Assembly (NCBI GenBank): GCA_976226885.1
Contig: OZ320320.1
Location: 39,866,001 to 39,930,000 of the forward strand
Direction of reading: 5' to 3'
DNA: 64,000 bases
Source: Iphione sp. A-MEVVRFRX5
Taxonomy: Eukaryota
Shown piece after piece: positions 51,552 through 61,497 of this stretch; positions within the stretch are counted from its first letter, which is position 1, and every line of letters starts with the position of its first letter. The notes beneath the pieces are model-generated. The model was not told where the DNA came from and did no database searches. It saw only the letters and a list, made by a program, of their open reading frames with translations. The position numbers were made by a program, and so were the translations under genes.

Positions 51552-53136
51552 TGTAATTAGCGTGTTTAAATCTCCACTTGGCCGTATCCAGCTATGGCTG
51601 CTAGTATCCTGGCTTAGTTGCCTTACTAGTATTGCTCCACTAGGTAATCCTCAAGTCCACCCTTAAGGTTGCTCCAAGTGGTTTTGTGTTCCACCCCTGA
51701 AGAGACAAGTGCCACAACGTAATCCAAGTTCAGACTGACTTTATTTGCCACACTGGGCCCTTATTTATAGCAATCCACAGTGTCATGTGATCAGGCCATG
51801 TATCAATGTATGGAATAAAACTGCTACAACATGTCCAGTGTTGTTCTGTTCCACCAATCAATGCACAGGCAAAAGCTACAAAGTAGTAGGGGCCTGGATT
51901 ACCAGGGCCCAAGGTCACCCTTAACTTTTTCTTTGCCACAACCAACAGTGGTGCCACGGTTTTTCCTCAAACCCAGTCCTGGGGGGTCACTGAGTACACT
52001 ACATCAGACCGTGGCACCACGACTTATCCTATTCAACTGTAATACTGGGGTCACTGAGTACATCTTATCAAACCATGGCACCACGACTTTGCACACTTAA
52101 TACCAGTACCAGGGTCACTAAGTACATCTCATCAGACCGTGGCACCATGACTTATCCTATTCAACTGTAATACTGGGGTCACTGAGTACATCTTATCAAA
52201 CTGTGGCACCACAACTTTGCACACTTAATACCAGTACTAAGTACATCTCATCAAACCGTGGCACCACGACTTTGCACACTTAATACCAGTACCAGGGTCA
52301 CTAAGTACATCTCGTCAGACCGTGGCACCACGACTTATCCTATTCAACTGTAATACTGGGGTCACTGAGTACATCTTATCAAACCGTGGCACCACGACTT
52401 TGCACACTCAATACCAGTACCAGGGTCACTAAGTACATCTCATCAAACCGTGGCACCACGACTTTGCACACTTAATACCAGTACTAAGTACATCTCGTCA
52501 AACCGTGGCACCACGACTTTGCACACTCAATACCAGTACCAGGTTCACTAAGTACATCTCATCAAACCATGGCACCACGACTTTGCACACTTAATACCAG
52601 TACTAAGTACATCTCGTCAAACCGTGGCACCACGACTTTGCACACTCAATACCAGTACCAGGGTCACTAAGTACATCTCATCAAACCGTGGCACCACGAC
52701 TTTGCACATTTAATACCAGTACTAAGTACATCTCGTCAAACCGTGGCACCACGACTTTGCACACTCAATACCAGTACCAGGGTCACTAAGTACATCTCAT
52801 CAAACCGTGGCACCACGACTTTGCACACTTAATACCAGTACTAAGTACATCTCGTCAAACCGTGGCACCACGACTTTACACACTCAATACCAGTACCAGG
52901 GTCACTAAGTACATCTCATCAAACCGTGGCACCACGACTTTGCACACTTAATACCAGTACTAAGTACATCTCGTCAAACCGTGGCACCATGACTTTGCAC
53001 ACTTAATGCCAGTACCAAGGTCACTAAGTACATCTCGTCAAACCGTGGCACCACGACTTTGCGCACCTGATACCAGTACCAGAGTCACTAAGTACATTTC
53101 GTCAGACCGTGGCACCACGAGTTATCCTATTCTACA
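51552..53136 (-). mobile_element. Solo LTR (1585 bp) of an unrelated LTR element, inserted in Gypsy-2 pol
   Basis: TG...CA ends (TGTAAT...TCTACA), 4-bp TSD GTAC (51548-51551 / 53137-53140), TATAAA (51769-51764) then AATAAA (51745-51740) on the minus strand; removal rejoins pol (..YVQ-STDNH..). Confidence 0.88.
51985..53130. repeat. Minisatellite, 19 cores (AAACCGTGGCACCACGACTT), 64-bp and 55-bp monomers, 119-bp higher-order repeat
   Basis: Core spacing 64,64,64,55,64,64,64,55,64,55,64,55,64,55,64,55,64,64. Confidence 0.97.
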
Positions 53137-55195
53137 GTACGGACAATCATGCTTCCAGCACCGACTCGGAGGAAGCAAGAGCACTACAAACTCAGGAACA
53201 TGATTATCTGGAAGGCATAGAGGCAGCGCAAACCACCGATCCGGAGTGTCAGAGACTCCGAGAAGGGCCAAAATTTATGAAGGTGGAGCAGTTATGGTAC
53301 TATGTGAGCGAGCGTCCGTAAGCTTGCTTGCGGTTAGTAGTGCCAAAAGCGTACCGTAGTGCAGTGCTGGATCAGCAACACGATCAGATGGGGCATATGG
53401 GGATTGATAAAACGTACGACCGCGTATGCGCACTGTACTACTGGAAGAATTTATTTCGAGATGTTGTCGCTCATGTTCGGGCATGTGTGTTGTGTAACAC
53501 AAGAAATTTGAAGAGGCAATTAAGGCTACTTCGGGAAATCGAAAGTATTATGTTTCCATTTCAAAAGTTAGCAGTCCATACGTGTGGACCGCACCGGGAA
53601 TCAGAAGCCGGGTACGTGTATCGCCTGACCCTAATCGATGTCTATTCCGGATGGCCTGAAATGTTCCCCATGAAAAATAAGCAGGCCCAGACGGTCGCAA
53701 CAATCTTCCTTGAGGAAGTCATACCAAGGCACGGATGTCCCGTAGTACTGTTGTCCGACAACCGGACCGAATTCATGAATGAGGTTATAAAGGAGATTTG
53801 TCGGAAGCTCGTTGTGGCTCACATCACCACCAGCCCATATCACCCAGCTGGTAATGGTAAGGTTGAGCGAATGCACTGGGTATGGAATGACGTCGTAACA
53901 AAGTTGACTCAGGGAGATATGCATATTGGGAAAGGGCAATACCCTCTGCTTTGTTGGCTCTGTGAATAAGTACTAATGAGTCAACCAAGTATACCCCTTT
54001 CTATCTCCTTCATGCGAGAGATCCAATATTGCCATTGGACACCTTGCTCCAACCCCGGGGTAAGGTATTACGGGGAAGAGCATCATAAATTGGCCTTGCA
54101 GCGACATCATCAGGCCATGACCATAGTCCGCCGGAATGTCGCCACGGCACGACAGCGCATGAAAAAGTATCATGACCAACGGGCTACAGAGGTGTCATTC
54201 GAAGTCGGGGATCCTGTGTATGTACAGAACCCCTTGAAGTGCCACAAGGTAGATGTAAGGTGGCAACCTTATGGCCGTATTGTAGAAAAGCTTACTCCAG
54301 TCAACTTCATTGTGAAGGATCAGGTGACGAGGAAGCTTGCGAAGGTTCACAGTGATCGCTTGCGAATGGCAAACGAGGACTGGAGGGTACCTAAGGCAGG
54401 TGATGGGCGTCTGCGCCGGCATGTTGCTTTAGCTGGAGATGGGACGTCTGATACGGGCGGTAGTTCGTCGTCGCCATTGGATGGCTCCGATGGGTTCTCT
54501 TACGCGGATGATATCCCCTTGGCCCAATTGTATGGAAGAGAACGGCAGCACGAAGTTCATGATCTGCAGAACGACCCTGATCTTCAACAGGAAGAGGGAC
54601 GGGTCGGGGTGGAGGGCCGTTGTGGAAAACATTGATCCACCGGATCAGGTGCACGGACCTGAGGAAAATAGACCCAATCCAGCGGCCGAGGATCGTGGTG
54701 AAGGGTTAGATGTGTTGCGCGACCAGCAGGCCACCCGTGCAGAACAGCAACACGAGGCCGGGGAACAGGCCGTCGCTCCGGTCAGCCCGCCGAGAACTCC
54801 CCCTGGGAACACGGAGAATGGGGACGAGGGTGCTGTGGAAGGTCGAGATCCGACCCCGCCACGGACACCTGAGACGGACGGTCATGCGCCAGTGGGGAGG
54901 GGGAACCAACCGGCACCCCACCGTTATCGCACCCGAGCTGCGGTGAAAAGGGAACAGACCTTGCCTACTGAATTGCCACTGATGTATAAACGCCTGCGCC
55001 AGTTTTGGACGCATGGCCCCTGGTATAAGAGAGAACGTACTGAACCAGGCGAGCAATCGATTTCTAAGAAAACTAAACAAGTGGAATAATTTATTGATAA
55101 TCCAGCTGAGCATTTAACGAAAGCCCTTAAGACTTTGCAAACAGTAACATCGATTTTGCTAGACCTCGCAGTCGCCGAGAAGAGTGCGCCTGAGA

Positions 55196-55222
55196 CTAAC
55201 TGACACCTTTTCTCTGTTGTAG
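55196..55222 (+). promoter_or_regulatory. Splice acceptor for env (branch point, pyrimidine tract, AG)
   Basis: CTAAC-TGACACCTTTTCTCTGTTGTAG|G directly before the env frame, which has no nearby ATG. Confidence 0.75.
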
Positions 55223-57413
55223 GTTGCGTGTGGGCTTATGGAGATTGATCGTCATCCAACCTGTCGTCGGAGGGACACTTGAGAATGTTATTTTCAAGAA
55301 ACGTCTAGACGTAAGGTCTGTCCTATCCTCCTGGCGACTGGACTTGGTTTCCGAATACGATCACTATAAACAAGTAGGGAATGACTTGGCTGGCGAACTT
55401 AATTGCACTCGATATGGGTTGTTGAAGACAATCTATAGCCTCATTCCCCCTTGGCAAATTTACAGAAATCGACCCCGAGCGGAACCTGTTGCGAGAATAC
55501 TTATAAGATCCCAATTGGATTGTGCCCAGACTCTGCAGGCACGAATAAAACAGGGAATAGCTCGGCTGGACAATATCGCTAAGTTCGGTACGGAGGAACG
55601 AATGCGACGCTTCCAGGAGGAACGCGTGGAACGAGTGGATATCTTCGGACAGTATAATCATACCAGGCCACGGCGCAGTCCAGCCGTAGCCCTCGCAGCC
55701 CTAGGCAGTGTGGTGATGGTGGCAGGGACGGCCGCTGGGTTTGGTGAAGTGGGGAACAAAATACACGTTATTAAGCAACGTATGTACCAACTGGAATCGC
55801 AACAGTTGGAGACCCTGACCATTATGAGGGATATGATGACGGTGATGAATCAGAAGCGTGTGGACGCCCGCCGGAACCGCCAACACGTCAATGACGTGTT
55901 AAAAACTTTGAAAAAGGTAGAAATTGACTTGTGGGAGGCTGTACATGTCATGACTAATATCGCTACTCAGGAAATACGCCACATTCATGGCATCCTCAAC
56001 GCCAAGCGGTTTTACTCACGATACGAGTACCGGTTGGACGCATGGGAGACATTGGTGTCCAAGCTAGAGGCCCGTATCAACCATCTCTTAGGCGGACAGT
56101 TGACTCCCGAGGTTCTCCCGGCTAATGAACTCAGGGGTATCCTCATGACTATTGAACACCAACTGCCGTCTCAACTGCGTTTGCCCTATCAGGTGAGTGA
56201 CGTGTGGAGCTACTACAGTGCTCTGTCGGCCAGCACGGTTATTTTCGAGGGACGCATCATAACCTCCATAACTATACCATTGACAGATCCGGTAGCTTCG
56301 TACACCATCTATGAAGCAGTGAACATTCCCGTTCCGATGGCTGACGGACACGCCATCCAATTTGACTTGGAGTTCAAATATTTTGACATAACCAGCGACC
56401 GACGTCATTATGCTATTGTCATGCCAAAGGAACTTGTTCACTGTCGGTTACAGGAAGACTCCTGTTTGGTGTCATCTCCTGTGTTCGAACTCAATCTACA
56501 TTCATATTGTGTTCTCGCTATTTACCGACAAGAGGTCAAACGGGTGTCCTCCCTCTGTACGTGTACCATCATGAGCGGGCTAACCATTCCCCAAGCCAAG
56601 TACCTAGACCAAGGTAATTGGGTGGTGACCACTCCGGTCATGCTGGCTATGAGAATACAGTGTGTTAACGGCAGCATGTACCGTCATAACGTTCCGGCTC
56701 CCTTCACTTTAGTGAAACTACCCAACGGATCTGGAGCCATAGGGGATGAGATGTCTCTGCCCACATATTATTATCAGCGTAATGAATATGAAGTCGAACG
56801 AGACCCTATAGAACTTCCGGCTAAATTGTTAGTAACTGAATTGTTGGTCTGGTCAGCGCAGCTCCCTCCGGCTCCAAATCGGACTGGACCATTGCAACCG
56901 TTACCAGATTTCTCTGAGACTGATATTGAGGGAATAGTACAATGAATTAATACACTCCATGATAAGGTTGCTTGTAACCCATTGATGCCAGGCACTTCTC
57001 CTTTGTCAACCATAATGTGGGTTATTGGAGGGCTGAGTTCGGCCCTCACGGTGTGCGGATGTTGCTACTGTTGCTTGTGTAGCAAGGGGCACTGGAGGAG
57101 GTTTATGCCCAGTCGGTCCACGAACAGCTGTAGATCCAATGAGGACGTGGGATCCCAAGGGTCTTCCCCAATTACTATCAATCTGGGAAATGGGACTCAT
57201 TCCCCTGACACGTCAGTGGCTAGTGCCGGGGAAACCCTCTCCCTTCGGGCCCTGCCTCCGCCCAGTGCCCCCGAGCCCGCGCACATTGTGCTCAAATGTG
57301 CGATGAAGTTTAAGCAAGGTCCCAAAGAATTAGAGATATATCGCCCTACTAACTCCAAAGTCCCCACTGAGTTGTACGCTCCTGCTGAACGCCCTTTTTC
57401 TGTGTTTCGGTAA
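55223..57413 (+). CDS. env: Gypsy-2 envelope, F-type class I fusogen; ectodomain open for 573 codons, TGA before the TM
   Basis: RPRRS|PAVALAALGSVVMVAGTAAG cleavage site and fusion peptide, heptad repeats, LTPEVLP..WSYY..ITIPL F-like core, in-frame TGA 56943-56945, TM plus CGCCYCCLC tail. Confidence 0.85.
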
Positions 57414-58532
57414 GGGAGGAATACTATCGATCGCAGTCTTGGCAGAAGAGATAGGAACTCTTGCTCATACTGTGATAGGGAATGCATATATATATGTGCT
57501 GTGTAATTGATGTACAACCTGCAGGAATTGGAACGGTACCATTAATGTATACATATTGTTACATGTTAATTGTTTAAATGTGTGTAATCTATCAAGTTCA
57601 ACTACGGGTACCTCAATAAATTGTAAATAGTGTTTGTGATCAGCTGTAAGAATGAGTGCCTATCTGCAGTTCGCGACCCACCATGACTGGTTCAGACTCC
57701 GGCACGAATGGTGTCCATGAGGAATCTTCGGTTGTAAATATTCGTTCAAGGAAGTGTCCTCATGGTAGCCTCTGGGCAGTGAGGTAACCCTCCACGGGCA
57801 ACTCTCTCTTTTGCTTGGAAGGGCACCTCATGAAAATTGTCATGAATCTTTCTTTTTCTTCTACTTTTTCTTTCCCTTGTTCAAACAAAAAAAAAAGACA
57901 AATTTTCTTCGTGACAAACCTGGAAGTTTGGTGTGTGCTCGTTTACCTAGAAGGTTGAGTCAAGGCCATTCAGAGAGACCATTCTCCCTGTTTTGAAGGT
58001 CTTCCCTTGAGGTTTAGCGAACTGGCGGCCCTGGCAAGTGTTAGCCATAAAGCCATAGTAATAGGACCACATGAGTCCCCCAGTTCCAGGTTCCACTGGA
58101 GAGTTGCTGATGGCCAAGTAAGTTCATAAGAAAGCTGATCCAAATGGGACGCTGTAAAATAACGCTTGTAACAGGAAGCGGGATGAGAATACAGACACTT
58201 TTCCACAAAGGTGCTAAATCCTTCTTGAAGGAGGGGCAAATATCCGCGTTTGCTTGATCACTCTGGTCTGATCCCCCTGATCGGTTGAAGGATTATCTTG
58301 TCCTCAGAGTCGTTAACCACAGTTATATATTTCAATGTGCCAGGAACGGAGGTACCTTGAGAGTTGGTGGTTGGTAGTACTAGTAGTGATGTGAAGGTAT
58401 TGGCATATTCCTGTTGAACTTGTCATACTGAATATCTTTTCAGTATGATAAGGACCCTCGTATTGGGATGTACGTATGGATTTTGTTTGGGTAGCCTAGA
58501 CAAGCGGCTCAACAATGCAGGCATTGTTTCCT

Positions 58533-58546
58533 AAGGAGGGGAGGGA
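58533..58546 (+). promoter_or_regulatory. Polypurine tract of Gypsy-2
   Basis: AAGGAGGGGAGGGA abutting the 3' LTR. Confidence 0.9.
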
Positions 58547-59137
58547 TGTAACACAGTTACTATTGATGAAGATGTATTAGAACGTCTAGTGTGATCCTTA
58601 ATGAGTGGATAAGTAAAAGGGAGTTACATTGTATTCTGCGGAATGTATATTGTGAAATAAAATACAATGTCTGTACAGTGTATAGATAGACGAATTACAA
58701 GCAAAGCCTTGTACGAAGTATATTGATGTTTACTGAGAAAATTTTTGCTTACACTACACAGGATGTAGTCTATCTTTCGTCCACTTCGCAATTCTTTGCT
58801 TATCGGTAACCAGAACCTTGTCGTTAAAGTAACGGTTGTTCACACAGTGTCCGGGCACGGCACCAAGATAGCGTGTAAGGTAATGCTTTGCTGCTACCCT
58901 GGATACGAGGTGCTATTGATGTCAGAGAGTAAAACTTTAATGACCCTTTGTCTGAACAAGACATGTTTGACACTTGACGGATGACCGTATCCGGCTCGTC
59001 CGGTATATAAGGTTGGCGGTCTGAAGAGTTAGTCGGACTCACCCAGGTTGCTGCTGATGACGATTGTACCTGTACTACGGAACTGAAGAATAAAGGCTGA
59101 AATCGAACCTGACTCATGGTGTTGCTTTTGTGCTACA
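58547..59137 (+). repeat. Gypsy-2 3' LTR
   Basis: 591-bp copy of 39631-40221. Confidence 0.97.
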
Positions 59138-60231
59138 CCCTACCCATGAAGAACTTACAATTCCATAATATACAGTAAAATGCCAATTTTCAACTATACT
59201 ATTTAGCAACCAAAATTGTGAACTCAAGCATATCAGCTTGAAACAGAAATATTTGTCACTGTTAACATGTATATCAAAGTACCACTTTCTGGACAGATCA
59301 TTAGTGACCAAATCATCCTGCGACTACACATCTTAGGTTCCTTTGTATTTTATTTTCAGGCTGATTAGAAACCAGATGTGTCAACACAACCTCTCAGTGT
59401 CCGAGCTCAGGAAGTTGAAGGATTATTTATTGTCTTAAGGTTGTAAGAATGACCATCAAAGAAGGGCGTGCAGAGGTGGAAGGACAATGTGACCACTCTT
59501 CCCCTTATACACCACAGTTCGTTTAAAGAGACCTTTAGGACGCCTTTAGGACTTTTACCCATCAAATTCACTGCTTTTAGAACGTTTACTCATCAAATTC
59601 ATCACTTTTTGGAGTTTAGTCATCATATTCACTGTTTTTATGCCTTTTACTCATCAAATCAGTTTTCATAACAAATGAGCTCAGATACACTATGTGACCA
59701 GAACCACTAATGGAACCACTTGACCTTGGCAAAGATGGGTGGTCACAAACCGGCATTTGACTGAATATGAAATTTGTACAGATTGTCAAATACCCTACAG
59801 AGGACATGCTCACCGAAACAACTTCCAAATTTTTCTATTGACTTTTGTTATGATTCTGAACTTGAATAAAATACTTTGGCTCAGTAAAAGGTTTGCATAT
59901 ATGGGCAAATACTCTGCCTCGGACTGTCCGAAAAGTGCACTGTATGATGAAAAACATGTGGAACTATTTGGCAAGCCCATTTACGTGCTAATCGGAACGT
60001 GGATATAGGATTGCATCCTGGTGTAACCTCTAATCACGCCAACCAGCATATCCCGTGAACCAGCTCATGATAAATTATATCATATTTATAATATGGGCGT
60101 GGCACTGTATTTCTTTATACCTCTCATCACGATGTCTCTGATGTTGCATAAAGGTTATCTGGTACCAGTTGTTTGTGCAGCATACTATCGTGCACTACAA
60201 GCAAACATTTCCTGTTGTGTGAACTGAGCGT

Positions 60232-61497
60232 CCCAGCAACAGAGTTTTAAAAACGTTGTAAAAAGGTTGTAAAAAACATTGTTAAAATGTTGTAAATGAA
60301 AGTTTGTATAATGTTTTCCTAACCAGATAAGAAAACGTTTTTAGAACATTTTTTAAAAATGTTCTAAAAACGGTTTTTAAAAACCTTTTTAGAACATTTT
60401 TGAAAAAAAAGTGTGGTAAGTCCTAGCAGGATTTGAACCTGGGTCCTTGCAACTTTCTTGGTAAGGCTGGCACTCCTATTCACTGCTCCACAGAGGCTGT
60501 ATAAAGGAAGTAGCATGATTCTTTCATTCACAACAGGGGTTGTACTATGGTTAGACCATTAACTTTTCATTAAAATATATTTTCACAAATATATATTTTA
60601 ATGTTTGCCCATTTTCATAAATTCAATACATCTTTAGCTGAGACTCTGGTAATAGTTGCCACTTGTCATTGATTAAATACATCTTTAGCACTACCTCCAG
60701 AATATTTGCCATGTTTTCATAAATTAAATACATCTTTAGCCGAACCTCCAGTAATATTTTTTACTTGTCATAAATTAAATACATCTTTAGCACTAACTCC
60801 AGGAATATTTGCCATGTTTTCATAATCTAATACATCTTTAGCTGAACCTCTGGTAATATTTGCCATAAATAAAATATATCTTTAGCACTGCCTCCCAAAA
60901 TATTTGCCAATTTTTTGATAAATTTAAGGTATCTTTTCATAGCCTCCAAAAGTTCACACACCACTCCAGGTGCTATATTGCTCTCCTGTCACTCACAGAC
61001 GTCTTCACACCACTGCAGGTGCTACCTGTATACTTGGTCACCCTGCTGTCGCTCACAGATGTCCTCACACCACCCTAGAGGCTACGTGCATACTTGGTTA
61101 CCCTTCTGTCACTCACATACATCCCCCAACCACCCCAGGTGTTACATTGCTCTCCTGTCACTCACAAACGTCCTCACACCAGCCCAGGGGCTACCTGCAT
61201 ACTTGGTTACCCTTCTGTCGCTCACATACATCCCCCAACCAGTCCAGTATACACCTGTATATGTTAAAATGTTGCCAAGTGGTTGCAAACGTTGTGACCA
61301 AATAAAAGCTTTCTTAAAATGTTGTAAAATAGTTGCAAATGTTGCAACCAAATAAAAACGTTCTTAAAACATTGTAAAATGGTTACAAACATTGTAACTA
61401 AATAAAAACATTCTTAAAATGTTGTAAAATGGTTGCAAACATTATAACCAAATAAAAACGTTATAAAACGTTCTTAAAACGTTGTGTGCTGGCTGGG
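60232..61497. mobile_element. MITE/foldback-like element with CCCAGC...GCTGGG ends, AAAACGTT-rich subterminal repeats and internal arrays
   Basis: ~45-bp imperfect TIR; internal ~51-bp repeat x6 (ATACATCTTTAGC, 60615-60900) and ~50-60-bp repeat x5 (CTGTCRCTCACA, 60960-61250). Confidence 0.65.
60421..60497 (-). other. tRNA-derived Pol III module inside the MITE
   Basis: GCCTCTGTGGAGCAGTGAATAGG (A box)...CCCAGGTTCAAATCCTGCTAGG (B box) followed by a T8 run. Confidence 0.6.

Larger units (their letters stand above)
49316..55089 (+). pseudogene. pol: Gypsy-2 pol (PR-RT-RH-IN plus acidic/Pro-rich tail), split by the solo LTR
   Basis: LLDTGAD, MPFGLCNAP, YIDD, YTDASD, TDHKPL, HDQMGH..C..C, SDNRTEF, YHPAGNGKVER; about ten stops or frameshifts. 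Confidence 0.95.
39631..59137 (+). mobile_element. Gypsy-2: env-bearing Ty3/Gypsy element carrying nested LINE-B and a solo LTR
   Basis: 591-bp LTRs (TGTAAC...GCTACA), 4-bp TSD CCCT (39627-39630 / 59138-59141), PBS, PPT, gag-pol-env. Confidence 0.96.

Noticed and set aside
51985-53130. CRISPR array, or RT-associated spacer array, next to a reverse transcriptase
   Set aside because: Inter-core sequences are themselves repeats of two types rather than unique spacers; there are no cas genes; the array lies inside a TSD-flanked solo LTR
48169-55223. Short TM ORF spliced to env as its leader via the donor at 48353
   Set aside because: The ORF stops at 48343 before the donor, and the phase does not match the env frame
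57970-58470. Antisense accessory gene in the Gypsy-2 3' UTR
   Set aside because: Frames are short and broken, with no motif support
59360-59443. Host exon (TTTTATTTTCAG acceptor, GTAAGA donor)
   Set aside because: All three frames contain stops and no partner exons were found; could be a terminal exon but unsupported
60421-60497. Functional tRNA gene (also 2027-2104)
   Set aside because: No coherent anticodon arm or acceptor stem; treated as a tRNA-derived remnant
60915-61355. ORFs of 146 and 111 aa
   Set aside because: Artefacts of translating the internal tandem repeat
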